Positions 52,467 to 64,000 of a DNA stretch of 64,000 nucleotides are shown one piece after another. Within the stretch, counting starts at the first letter, position 1; the number at the start of each line of letters is the position of its first letter. A program made the translations under genes and the position numbers. A model generated the notes under the pieces. The model had not been told where the DNA came from, did not search any database, and saw only the letters and a list, made by a program, of their open reading frames with translations. Source of the stretch: Mobula birostris (taxonomy: Eukaryota); contig NC_092376.1 in NCBI RefSeq assembly GCF_030028105.1, forward strand, positions 186,364,438-186,428,437. Direction: 5' to 3'.

Positions 52467-52850
52467 TGTGGGACCCATAGTGATGTGGAGCATATTAATG
52501 GACACTGGACACCCCCCTAATTTTCTTATATTATGTTCATATTATATTTATTGCTTTGGTTTGTTTTTTTGTTCATTCACAATTTGATTACTGTTCAGTT
52601 GCACTAGCAATGGTAATATTTTAGTGGGTTGGTTGATGGTTATAAGGGGCAAAGCTTGTACAGGGACTTGGGGCAGCTGAGGGGTCCTGGGGGCACGGGA
52701 GCGTGCACGTGATGGAGTAGACGGAGACACCCCCGCAGCATGCATGGTAAGCCGATGCGCTGTGTTCCTGTATTTCCAGAAAGGAAAATAAAGACGTTAT
52801 TTTAAACTTCTGCACACTTGGAAGTCCCTTTTGTGACCAAATGTGCAACA
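52467..52850 (+). mobile_element. 384-bp solo LTR inside the Tc1
   Basis: TGT...ACA termini; TAGG TSD at 52463-52466 and 52851-52854; TATAA at about 52641 and AATAAA at about 52787. Confidence 0.85.
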
Positions 52851-53591
52851 TAGGTCTCTATGAGCTTTGCACATCTGGACACTACAAATTATCCCCATTC
52901 TTCTTTACAAAACTGCTCGGTTTCTGTCAGATTGCATGGGGATCATGAGTGAAAAGCCCTTTTTAAGTCCAGCCACAATCTTTCAATTGGATTGAAGTCT
53001 GGACTCTGACGTGGCCACTCCAGGACATTAACTTTGTTGCTTTTAAGCCATTCCTGTCTAGCTTTGACTTTATGCTTGAGGTCATTGTCTTGTTGGAAAA
53101 CAAATCTTCTCCCAAATCACAGTCTGCATGAGGTTTTCTCCAGGATTTCCTTGTATTTTGCTGCATTCATTCTGCCCTCTATCTCCACTATCCTTCCAGG
53201 GTCTGCTGTAGTGAAGCATTACCACAGCATGATGCAGCCACTGCCATGCCTTATGGTGTGATTATGATGATATGCATATTTAGTCTGATGGCCAAAAAAC
53301 TCAATTTTGGTTTCATCAGACCATAGAACCTTCTTCCAGCTGACTTCTGAGCCTCCTGCATGCCTTCTGAGATTCTGAAACTCTAGCTGAGATTTCATGT
53401 GAGGTTTTTTCAACAGTGATTTACTCTTTGCTACTCGCCCATAAAGCTGCAACCGCTGAAGCACCTGGGCTACAGTTATATGCGCAGTCTCTCCCATCTC
53501 AACCACCAAAGCTTGTTACTCCTTCAAAATTATCATAGGTCTCTTGGTGGCTTCCCTTACTAGTCCCCTTCTTGCATAGTCGCACAGATTT

Positions 53592-54063
53592 GTGTGCTGG
53601 GGCAGCAGGCTGAGGGTAGCAGACACCAACAAAATCAACAAACTCATTCGGAAGGCCAGTGATGTTGTGGGGATGGAACTGGATTCTCTCACGGTGGTGT
53701 CTGAAGAGAGAATGCTGTCTAAGTTGCATGCCATCTTGGTCAATATCTCCCATCCACTACATAATGTACTGGGTGGGCACAGGAGTACATTCAGCCAGAG
53801 ACTCATTCCTCCGAGGTGCAGCACAGAGCGTCATAGGAAGTCATTCCTGCCTGTGGCCATCAAACTTTACAACTCCTCCCTTGGAGGGTCAGACACCCTG
53901 AGCCGATAGGCTGGTCCTGGACTTATTTCATAATTTACTGGCATAATTTACATATTACTATTTAACTGTTCATGGCTCTATTACTATTTATTATTTATGG
54001 TGCAACTGTAACGAAAACCAATTTCCCGTGGGATCAATAAAGTATGACTATGACTATGACTAT
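53592..54063 (+). mobile_element. Young Rex1/Babar-type 3' fragment inside the Tc1
   Basis: Open ORF 53592..53909 reads CWGSRL...NKLIRKASDVVG...ISHPLH...TERHRKSFLPVAIKLYN; AATAAA and (TATGAC)n tail. Confidence 0.9.
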
Positions 54064-54494
54064 TTTGAGGATGGCCTGCTCTGGACAGATTTACAGCAGT
54101 GCCATATTCTTTCCATTTCTTGATGATTGACATAACTACTCCAAGGGATATTCAGTGACTTGGAAATGTTCTTGTATCCATCTCCTGATTTGTGCTTTTC
54201 AATAACAGTTTTGCTGAGTTGCTTGAGTGTTCCTTTGCCTTCATGGTGTAGCTTTTGCCAGGATACTGACTCACCAGTAGTTGAACCTTTCAGATACAGG
54301 TGTATTTTTGCTACAGTCAATTGAAACACCTGATTAATTATGTGACTTCTAAAACCAATTGACCGCACCAGTGATGATTTGGTGTGTCATTTTAAAGGGT
54401 GGTGAATACTTATAAAATCAATTATTTTGTGTTTTATATTTGGAATTAATGTAGATCACTCTGTAGAAATCTGTTTTCACTTTGACACAAAATC

Positions 54495-54985
54495 CTACAC
54501 AAGGACTCCAAAGTCCCTTTGCACCTTAGTTTTTTTTATATATTTTTTCTCTATTTAGAAAATATTCAACCTTTTCTTTTCTTCTACCAAAGTGCATGTC
54601 CATATTTCTTTGTCCATTCTGCTAATCTGTCTACATCCTTCTGCAGCCTCTCTACTCCCTTAATACTCCTTGCACCCCCCAACTATCTTCATATCATCTG
54701 CAAACTTTGCAACAAAGCCATCAATTCTATCATCCAAATCAGAATTGATCCTGAAACAGACCACTGTGAAACACCACTAATCACTGGAAGCCAGCCAAAA
54801 AAGGCTCCTTTTCTTCCCACTCTTTTCCTCCTGCCAATCAGCCACTGATTTATCCTTGCTCGAGTCTTTCCTGTAATAGGCTCATAGCTTGTGAAGCAGC
54901 CTCCTGTTTGGAACCTTATCAAAGGCCTTCTGAAAATCCAAGTACACATCAACCAATTTTTCTTTGCCTATCCTGCTTGTTCTTT
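54495..54985 (-). mobile_element. Old CR1 RT fragment
   Basis: VYLDFQKAFDKV, GWLPVISGV.Q.SV and AKFADD motifs. Confidence 0.85.
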
Positions 54986-55509
54986 AGAAACATAGAAACA
55001 TAGAAAACCTACAGCACAATACAGGCCCTTTGGCCCACAAAGTTGTGCCGAACATATCCCTACCTTAGAAATTACTAGACTTATCCATAGCCCTCTATTT
55101 TTATAAGCTCCATGTACCTATCCAAAAGTCACTTAAAAGACCCTATCATATCTGCCTCCTCCACCGTTGCCAGCAGCCCATTCCATGCACTCACCACTCT
55201 CTGCGTAAAAAAACTTAACCCTGTCATCTCCTCTGCACCTACTCTGAAGCACCTTAAACCTGTGGCAACTATTTCAGCCCCGGGAAAAAGCCTCTGACTA
55301 TCCACACGACCAATGCCTCTCCTTATCTTGTACACCTCTATCAGGTCACCTCTCATCCTTCATCACTCCAAGGAGAAAAGGCCGAGTTCAGTTAACCTAT
55401 TCTCATAAGGCATGCTCCCCAATCCAGGCAACATCCTTGTAAATCTCCTCTGCACCCTTTCTATGGTTTCCACGTTCTTCCTATAGTGAGGCGATAGAAC
55501 TGAGCACCA
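54986..55509 (-). mobile_element. Younger CR1 3' fragment (same subfamily as 10290-11200)
   Basis: SPHYRKNVETIERVQRRFTRMLPGLGSMPYENRL; TAGAAACA repeat tail. Confidence 0.95.
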
Positions 55510-55850
55510 TGCAGCATTAACAATCCTTCCCGCTGGGATATTAGTCCTGCTCCAGGTCTGGTGCCAACTGTCCCTTTTGCACAGGACCCACATTCCCTAG
55601 AAGAGAGCCCAATGATCTAAAAATCTTATGCCCTCGTCCTTAAACCAATTCCTTAGATACATGTTAAACTGTATAATCTTTCTAGTTCCAGCTTCACTAG
55701 CACGTGGCACGGGAAGCAATCCTGAGATCACAACCCTGGAGGTCCTGCCTTTAACTGAGTCCCTAACTCCCTGAGCTCACTGTGCAAAATCTTGCCATTC
55801 ATCCTGTCCATGTCATTGGTACCTACATGGACCATGACTTCTGGCTGTAT
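55510..55850 (-). pseudogene. CR1 ORF1 SGNH-esterase-like remnant
   Basis: Reads approximately PEVMVHVGTNDM...SRVVISGLLPVPRAS...FLDHWALF. Confidence 0.8.
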
Positions 55851-56267
55851 GTCCTCATTCAACAGAGGTGTCACAGGTTGGATCATTTTGTGGGAACCCC
55901 ATCATGCAACAAATAATTCTGGGAATGCTCAGTGGGTCAAGACGTCTGTGAAAAGAGGAACGGGGTCAACAATCTTTGGCCTGTAACATTAAGCCATCGA
56001 CTGATTATAGTGACTCAGCAAAGGTATTTTAGTGGTAAAATTAAAGAGTAAGATCATCCCTTGAAATCATCAGACCTATGCCGTCTTACCCTACACTGTC
56101 CTAGGCATGGACTTCCACAGGAATTCATGATAAGAATACAGAAATGTGGTGCAGAGGAGAGTAGGACGCCATTCAGCATAAGTAGCCTGTTGTGTTCATA
56201 AAACCACTTTGACAACTGGCGGGGCCCTGCCTCTGCAAAGTTCACCAGCTGTCAAGGCTGTCAGCAA

Positions 56268-56413
56268 CACACATAAAAGTTGCTGGTGAATGCAGCAGGC
56301 CAGGCAGCATCTCTAGGAACAGGTGCAGTCGACGTTTCAGGCCGAGACCCTTCCTCAGGACTAACTGAAGGAAGAGTGAGTAAGGGATTTGAAAGTTGGA
56401 GGGGGAGAGGGGG
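56268..56413 (-). mobile_element. 146-bp Penelope-derived insertion with 13-bp TSD
   Basis: AGGCTGTCAGCAA at 56255-56267 and 56414-56426. Confidence 0.9.
56327..56362 (-). ncRNA. Minimal type-I hammerhead ribozyme motif with intact core
   Basis: Minus strand reads AGTC-CTGAGGA-AGGGTCTCGGCCT-GAAA-CGTC-GACT: stem I AGTC/GACT, CUGANGA, stem II, GAAA, palindromic ACGT and a GUC cleavage triplet. Confidence 0.75.
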
Positions 56414-56749
56414 AGGCTGTCAGCAATATTGTCCATGATATTCACAAAAAAAATCCAAGTCATTTGGGACCAGTTACAAATCTTAAATGGTTGATAAAAA
56501 AAAGTACAAAAATCTATTTTGAGTAGTTAATCCACTAGAACATACAAACACACAGATCACACACACACTCACGCACACACAAACGCGGGAAGATACATAG
56601 AGACATGTAAACACACACACAAACAGAAAAACACATGCACACACTCAAACAATTAAATCAAATTAAAACTGTACAGATGTATTTTTGAATGCTTATGCGT
56701 TTCAACTTTGTATTAGTCCTACATCCATTCTGGCTTTGATTCATACAAC

Positions 56750-57122
56750 CATAGGAACAAAAGACATTGGAGCAGAATTAGGCCATTCAGCCCATCAAGT
56801 ATGCTCTGGGATTCTATCATGGCTGATTTATTGTTCCCTGGGTATCATGGCAGAGAATTCCACAGAACCACCACTTCACTTGGCTATAGGGATTCATCTT
56901 CATCCTTAATCTATAGGGACATCCAAATCTCAGTCTGTGCCCTCTGGTCCTGAACTCCCTCACTACAGGAAATATCCTCCCCACGTCCACTCCATCTAGG
57001 CCTTTCAATATTTGAAAGGTTTCAATGAGATTCCACCCTCCCCCCACCATTTCTTCTAAGCTCCTGTAAATACAGGTCCAGAGCCATCAAATGCTCCTCA
57101 TACATTAACCCTTTCATTCCCA
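56750..57122 (-). mobile_element. CR1 3' fragment
   Basis: GMKGLMYEEHLMAL...LIETFQILKGLDGVDV...RTRGHRL. Confidence 0.85.
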
Positions 57123-59699
57123 GTACACCTTCACTGCCCACTCCCATGCTACCACATCTTCTGTAGGGAGTTTGTACACTCTCCCCATGAAACATGCACA
57201 TTTCCTCTGGATGCTCCTGTGTTCTCCAAAAGTCCAAAGATCTACCAATTAATAGGTTAATTAGTCAGCTTTGAAACAGTATGAATTGCTCATCTTCCTA
57301 AAACACTGTAGCTTGTAATATAACTGACACATTTTGGTGGCTTGCTCAACGGTTAGAAAAACGGTGATCAAACAGTGAAATTGCTGGACCAGTAAATCCA
57401 GAAGTCTGGGCTAGTAGTGCATACAACCAAGTCCAACTACTACCAGGGAAACCAAAGAATTTAAATTCAGCTTATAAATTCAAAGGCAAATCAAAGTAAA
57501 GTTACTATCAAAGTACATACATGTTACCAAGTATTACCTTGAGATTCATTTTCTTTCGAGCATTTACAGGAAAATACAATAGAATTTATTTTTGAAAATT
57601 ACATTTAAACAAAGACTCACAACCAACGTATAAAAGAAGGCAAATTGTGTAAATAAAAACAAAATATGACTGAGTTGTATAGTCCATGACAGTGAGTTTG
57701 CAGGTTGTGGAATCAGCTCAGTGTTATGATGAGGAAAGTTGTCTGTGCCATTTCAGAGGCCTGATGGCTGAAGGGTAATAACTGTTCCTCAACATGATGG
57801 TGTGAGAACTAAGACTCCTGTACATCCTGCCTGAAGGTAGTAGCAAGCTAATTTGAAACAATAGCTAGCTTTAATATGGTGATTTTTTTCCAAACTCATC
57901 TAGTTAATTAATGTGCTTCTTGGGAGGAATCTGCTGTCCTCGCCCAGACTTTGCTATGATGCAACTCAGGCCAATCTCATGTAAATACCTCCTGAAATGG
58001 GCAAGTAAGTCAGTCAGTTCTAGATGCCTCATGCTTACATTCTCGAGGATAATCAGAGGTGAGCTATCAACTCTGGTCAATCCAGTGACATCCAGATTCT
58101 GAAGAGCAAGCTGAAAGTAGAAAGTCAATTACATAGGGTTTACATAATGCTAAAATGAGAAAAGAAATTGTAACTTCTTACCTAAAGGCACCAACAAACC
58201 AAATAAATTATTATTGCAATAAGGTTGCTTCACAGACGATTCTACTAACAGTTGATTTTTATTGCAGATTTATTTAATTAACTAAATGTAATTCATAGTG
58301 TGTTTTGAACTCATGGTGTCTTCAGCTCATTAGTCCAAGCCCCTGTGTTATCAACTCATCAATTTAACCAGAATGTTATTGTTCCCATAGTTCTAAAGTG
58401 GAGAGAGAGCTGATGGGGATGGTGATAAAAGAGCAATTTTTTTTAAAATATAGCAACCTGAGCCAGAAATATGTTAAAATGCATATTGCTAAAAGCAAAT
58501 GACCACAAGCTAAATGCTAACGCTGGATTTGGAGAGATCAAGGAAAAAGGGCACTTTAAAAGTACATTCATATGTGCAATATGCAATAAAGTTGCCTGCT
58601 GTTCTTGTGGTGTTATTAAAATATGTATTAAAAAAGCTAGCATATATATAATGGTATCAAATTTTCAAAATGTCTCCAAGTCCTTCATACCTTAAATTAC
58701 TTTGCAAGTATAATAACCTCCTAAAGTTCTGAAAGGAATTTTTTTCACCTTCTTAATATGTAAGCTTAAATACTCAGATCTGAAATTGAGAGTCATAAAC
58801 TAGGCATTACATAGGAGGATTTAAATCTTCCCTTGGTCCCAGCCCCCATGACTCTGAAATCTTTATTCACCCTATAATTAAAGAAAAGATTAAGCATTAG
58901 CTTTATTTATCACATGTACATTGAAGCATCGAAGCATACAGTGTAATGTATCATTTGAGTCAAATCAATTCAATGAGGATTGTGTTGGTCAGCCAGCAAG
59001 ACACTCACTCAATGATTCAGAAATAGCTTTATCTCCTCTGCCATACAAATTGTGAATGAACGTTGAACCCATGAACACAATCTCATGACTTTTTTGTTTC
59101 TATTTTGCACTAATTATTTAACAATTTAATATAAATATATTCACTGTAATTCACATTTTTTCTGTTATTATGTATTACATTGCATTGTTGCAGCAAAGAC
59201 AACAAATTTCAGAGCATGTGCTGTTGATATTAAACCTGATTCTGAAGTGTCATCACACGTTCAGTGCTAACATTATCAAGCCCATAACTCATTAACCCTA
59301 ACTGTACACCTTAGGAATGTAGGATGAAACTGGAGGTCCTGGAAGAAACCTACGTGATTATGGGGAGAATGTACAAACTCCTCATAGGCCTCAGTGGGTA
59401 TTGAACCCTGATCAGTGATCCTGGCACCTTAAAGCATTGTGCTAACCACTATGCTACCGTGCCGCCACCTTAGCCTGGCCACTTTGACTCCCTACGAGGT
59501 AAGTCTTACACTCTAATTATGCCGCTATACCTCACTATTTATTTGTGTTTCCAATTTCCAGCATTGTCACACAGCATTGAAATGGGCATTTTGGCTTATC
59601 AAATCCATGGTGACCATCAAGCACACAGCTACATCTATATTATATTAACCCCACATTCTCATCAACCTGCCACTCACCGATACGTCACCGTATATGCCG

Positions 59700-60292
59700 T
59701 TTAATATGATGTGGGCTATCATGGTCTATCCATGACCATGATTGTTCTTGGCATATTTTTCTACAGAAGTGGTTTGCCAATGCCTTCTTCTGGGTAGCAT
59801 CTCTACAAACACAAAATAATCTGCAGATGCTGTGATCAAAGCAACACTTTCAGTACGCAGGATGAACTCAGCAGGTCGGGCACCGTCAGTTAGAAACGAT
59901 GAGTCGACGTTTCAGGCCGGAACCCGACGAAAGGTTCCGGCCTGAAACATCGACTCATCGTTTCTAACTGATGTTGCCCGACCTGCTGAGTTCATCCTGC
60001 GTACTGAAAGTGTTGCTAGCATCTCTACAAGACAAGTGATCCCCGCCATTATCAATACTCTTCAGAGACTGTCTGCCTGCTGCCATTGGTTGCATAGCCA
60101 GCACTTGGGATATGCACCATCTGCTCATATGGCCATCCACCACTTGCTCCCATGGCTTCATGTGACCCTGATTAGGGGTGGCGGAGGGAGCTAAGCAAGT
60201 CTACACCTGGCCCAAGGGTGACCTGCAGGCTAGCAGAGGGAAGGAGTGCCTTACACCTTCTTTGGTAGAGACGTATCTCCACCCCGCCATCC
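59700..60292 (-). mobile_element. RTE-like non-autonomous element (copy 4), host of the fold-back insertion
   Basis: Colinear with 9540-9875 once 59809-60030 is removed. Confidence 0.75.
59809..60016. mobile_element. Fold-back Penelope-derived insertion with 14-bp TSD
   Basis: Inverted arms 59840-59924 and 59933-60017 (3 mismatches in 85 bp). TAGCATCTCTACAA at 59795-59808 and 60017-60030. Confidence 0.92.
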
Positions 60293-60702
60293 AATTGACA
60301 GCATCCAGTTGACCTTCCCACCTGTATGTATTTGGGATGAAGGAGAAATCCAGAGTACAAGGAGGAAACAATATGTTTTATGGGAAGTTGTGCAAACTCC
60401 ACACAGACATCTCCTGAGATCAGGGCTGAACATGGGACTCTGGCATTAAGAGGCAGCAGCTTTAACTCTGCCATCCACTTCCCCGAAAAAAATTGTCATT
60501 CAGGAACAATTTGATTATATACAGATTCTGATCCGTTGCTTTATTGTTGATCCTTAGCTATATAATCAATTACCTGAACAAATTTAGCTGCCCCTAGTCC
60601 AATGGCAATAAATCTTGGCCTTTCTAGTTATGTACACAATAACGTAAAAAATCACCATGCCCCAAGTTATATTACTAGATGTTCTGTCCGATCTGATCCC
60701 AT

Positions 60703-62590
60703 ATAGAACATAGAACGTAGAACAGTACGGCACAGAAACAGTCCTTTCAGCTTAAAATGTTGTGTCGAATCAATTAAAATAGGAATCAAAAGCCCAAACA
60801 AACTAATCCCCTCTGCCTACACAATATCCATATCCATTCACATTCATGTGCCTATCTGAATGACTCTTAAATGTCCCAAATGTATCTGCCTCTACCACCA
60901 CCACAGGCAGCAAATTTCAGACACCCACCACTTTCTGTGTGAAAAACATACTCTTCACATCTCCTTTGAAATTATTCCCTCTCACTTTAAATGCATGCCC
61001 TCTGGTATTAAAACATTTCAACACTGAGAAAAAGATACTGTCTGTCTATTCTCTCTATGCCTCACATATTCCTATAAACCTCAAACAGATCTCTTTACAG
61101 CCTCCGCCACTCCAAAGAAAACAACCCAAGGTTGTCCAACCTCATTATAGCACATGCCCTCTAATCCTGGCAGCATCCCAGTAAACCTCTTCTGTACCCT
61201 CTCTAACATCTCAACATCCTTCCTATAGTGGGGCAACCAGAATTGTATGTAATCCCTCAGATGTGGCCTAACTAGAGTTTAATAACGCTGCATCATAATT
61301 CTCTGACAATTGAATTTAGTGCTTCAACTAATAAAGGCAAGTAAGCTATATTTCATGATTTCAAAATTTCAAGAGATTTCATGATTGCTTAATGTCAATT
61401 TTTGTACACAAATTTTAAAGAGAGCAAAATAATTGTTACTCTGGATCCGATGCACACAACAACAAACATAAAAGATCAAGAATACCATAATAATAAAAAA
61501 CACAATTAGTTGTACACCCATAAAGTGACGCTAAGCTGTATATAAGGTGACTAGCAGGAAATAATAAAGTAGTGGTGGAGTTAGTGAATGAAGAATTTGA
61601 TCAGCCTTATAAAGGCATCCGTTAGTCTTGCGAGACCATGGATCTGCGCCTGGAAAGTCTTCACTCTCCAGGCTGCAGGCCTGGGCAGGGTTGTATGGAA
61701 GACCAGCAGCTGCCCATGCTGCAAGTCCCCCCTCTCCACGACACCAATGTTGTCCAAGGGAAGGGCATTAGGACCCATACAGCTTGGCACCAGTGTCGTC
61801 GCAGAGCAATGTGTGATTACGTGCCTTGCTCAAGGACACAACACGTTCCCTCGGCTGGGGCTCGAACTCACGACCTTCAGGTAGCTAGTCCAATGCCTTA
61901 ACCACTTAGCCACATGCTCATACTGCTTAGGGAAAGTAAGTATTGTTGAGGCTGGTTATTCTGGTGTGGATGATTTGTGGCCTTTTCCCTGATGGGCATG
62001 GGACAAACAGTCATTGAGCAGGGTGGGTAGAATCATTCCTGATGTTACTGACCCCTTCTGTATGGTCGGTAGGCTGGTGCCAGTGGTGTGTTGGGTAGTC
62101 TTGACTACCTGTTCACCGCAAAGCCATTTCTGTACTAAGCAGTGACGCAGCTTATCATCCTACTCCCTACTGCACATCTGAAGATTGAAATGAATATGGA
62201 AACACACAGTCCAGCTCTCTTCAGCCCAATCAGAAAGTAGAGTCATTCTTAACCACTCTATCAACCTGTGTAGCTACCTTTGCAGACCTATGACCTTTGA
62301 CCCCCAAATCCCTGAGCTCATCAATACTGTTAAGGGTCTTGTCCTTAATAATATACTGACTCATAACATTTGACCTACCAAAGTTGAAAAACTTCACATT
62401 TGGCTAGGTTAAATTCCACCTGCCATTTCTCTGCCCATATCTATAACTATTCTATATCCAGCTGTATTCCTTGACAGTCTTCTGTGCTATCCACAACACC
62501 ACCAATCTTCGTATCATCTGCAAGTTTATTAATCCATCCATCTACATTTTCATCAAGGTCATTTATATACATCACAAACAGCTGGGGTCA
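60703..62590 (-). mobile_element. CR1 fragment split by a Rex1/Babar fragment (about 61360-62245)
   Basis: CR1 3' end at 60703-61345 and RT part at 62250-62590 (INKLADDTKIGGVVDS, KWQVEFN). Confidence 0.85.
61612..61918 (-). mobile_element. Young tRNA-CORE SINE with an RTE-like 3' body
   Basis: Minus strand: TGGCTAAGTGG A box, GTTCGAGCC B box, TGTGTCCTTGAGCAAGGCAC core. The remainder is shared with the 39655 family. Confidence 0.8.
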
Positions 62591-63104
62591 CACCACAGAT
62601 TGTGGTGGCATTGACTTTGCTGACCATAAAGTTCTGAACCAAGCTGAAAACCTTATGCCCTATCAGGTATAAATAACTATGACTACTCTCACTAAAGGGA
62701 GATTATACTGTAACTATTCAATCTTTTAAAATGAATTTACTTCCCTTTTTATTCTCCATGGTATTGTAAGTTCAACTACTAATACCCACTTTCAAGTGAT
62801 GGGATCCTCTCCCCACTGAGGAGAAGGTACTTCCAGCTAACAAAGCAGTCTAAAGCACAATTTTTTTTCAGTGATGTATGTTTAAATCCAACAGCACTCT
62901 TAAAACACATTTAAAACTCGCCAAGACTTTTGATCTTCAACATTTCCAATTTCTTATAGAGGATTCCTATCTTATGAAACACTTCTAAATTGTAAACTAT
63001 TTCATAAACATAAAGGATATGTCACCAAGCACAAAGCATTTCTAAAATGCTAAGTATTAAGGATTGCTTAAGCTCAAAGGATAAAGCATTAAGGATTTCC
63101 AAAG

Positions 63105-63946
63105 CACAGGCACCATCCCTATAGACAAAAATGACACATCAATTTCCAGTGGGATTGCTTCCTCCAAGATTCCCTTCTCCATTCGGTCTTCCCTACTAAT
63201 CTCCCTTCTGGCATATACTATTGCAAGTGACTGAAATGCTACACCTGTCTACGTACCTCCTCCCTGACTTCTATTCAGGTTCTCAAAGAGTCCTTCAGGT
63301 GACGCTACACTTCACCTGTTTGGGTCATCTACTGCTTCCCAGTGCTCCTGATGCAGTCTCATCGATACCAGTAAAATCCAATTTAAATTGGGAGACTCCT
63401 TTGTCGAACACCTCCACTCCATCTGCTAACAGCAGAATTCCCTGGTGGCTAACCATTATAATTCCGATCCACATCTCCATTCTGACATGTCGGTCCATGG
63501 CCTCCTCTTTTGCCAGAATGATGCCACTTTCAGGGTGGAAGAGCAACACTTTATATTCTGGGTAGCCTTCAAACTGATGGCATGAATATTGATTTCTCCT
63601 TCTGGTAAAATAATTTTTTCCTACCCCTTCCATCTTCATCCATTCCCCATTCTGGCTTCTTACCTCATCTGCCTTTCACTTTCCCTCTTCGTCCCTTTCT
63701 CCCATGGTCCATTTTTCTTTCGTATCAGTTTCTTTCTTCTTCAGTCCTTTATCTTTCCCACCCACTTAGCTTCACCTATCAGCTTTTCGCTAGTCCTCTT
63801 TCCCTCCTCCCACCTTTTTATTCTGGCATCTTCCCCCTTCCTTTCCATCCTGAAGAAGGGTCTTAGCCGGAAACATCAACTGTTTCTTAATTTCCATAGA
63901 TGCTGCCCAACCTGCTGAGTTCCTCCATCATATTGTGTATGTTGCT
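63105..63946 (+). mobile_element. Degenerate Penelope-like element 3' region
   Basis: VIYC...LGDSFVEHLHSIC...SVHGLLFCQNDATFRVEEQH motifs; terminal repeat with CTGAAGAAGGGTCTTAGCCGGAAAC. Confidence 0.85.
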
Positions 63947-64000
63947 CCTTTTAACACAGATGGATTAAAAGCTTTTAGCGGATAGCCTCAGTTTAATGTT

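Larger units (their letters stand above)
52189..54492 (-). mobile_element. Degenerate near-full-length Tc1 transposon with long inverted repeats and two nested insertions
   Basis: Transposase blocks EKHKSGDGYKNISKSLNIP, KVLWSDETKIEFFG, RHGSGCIMLW, FQQDND and [12 protein letters not shown]. 52310-52400 is inverted relative to 54400-54490. TA at 52187-52188. Confidence 0.92.

Noticed and set aside
61845-61918. tRNA gene (also about 23440-23511)
   Set aside because: The A/B boxes run directly into SINE bodies and no proper acceptor stem is evident.

Overview
Repeat-dense eukaryotic non-coding DNA. The repeat repertoire (CR1, Rex1/Babar, Penelope-like elements, tRNA-headed SINEs, Tc1, Tigger, Gypsy/ERV-type LTRs) suggests a cartilaginous fish, probably a ray; the taxon is inferred from recalled repeat families. 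I recognise no intact host gene. Every recognisable ORF is a transposon fragment, and only a few weak candidate exons lie in repeat-poor islands (about 26.7, 47.1-47.7 and 58.0 kb). The most notable signal is a family of short Penelope-derived insertions carrying a minimal hammerhead ribozyme motif (CTGANGA-stem-GAAACGTC). Seven copies have 11-14 bp target-site duplications (TSDs) and several have fold-back structures, including a near-perfect 85-bp hairpin whose apex is the ribozyme core. There is also a four-level nest (Penelope fragment in Tigger, in a Gypsy LTR, in a CR1) and four solo LTRs, three with clear TSDs. Family names come from motif recognition, not database searches, and many boundaries are approximate.
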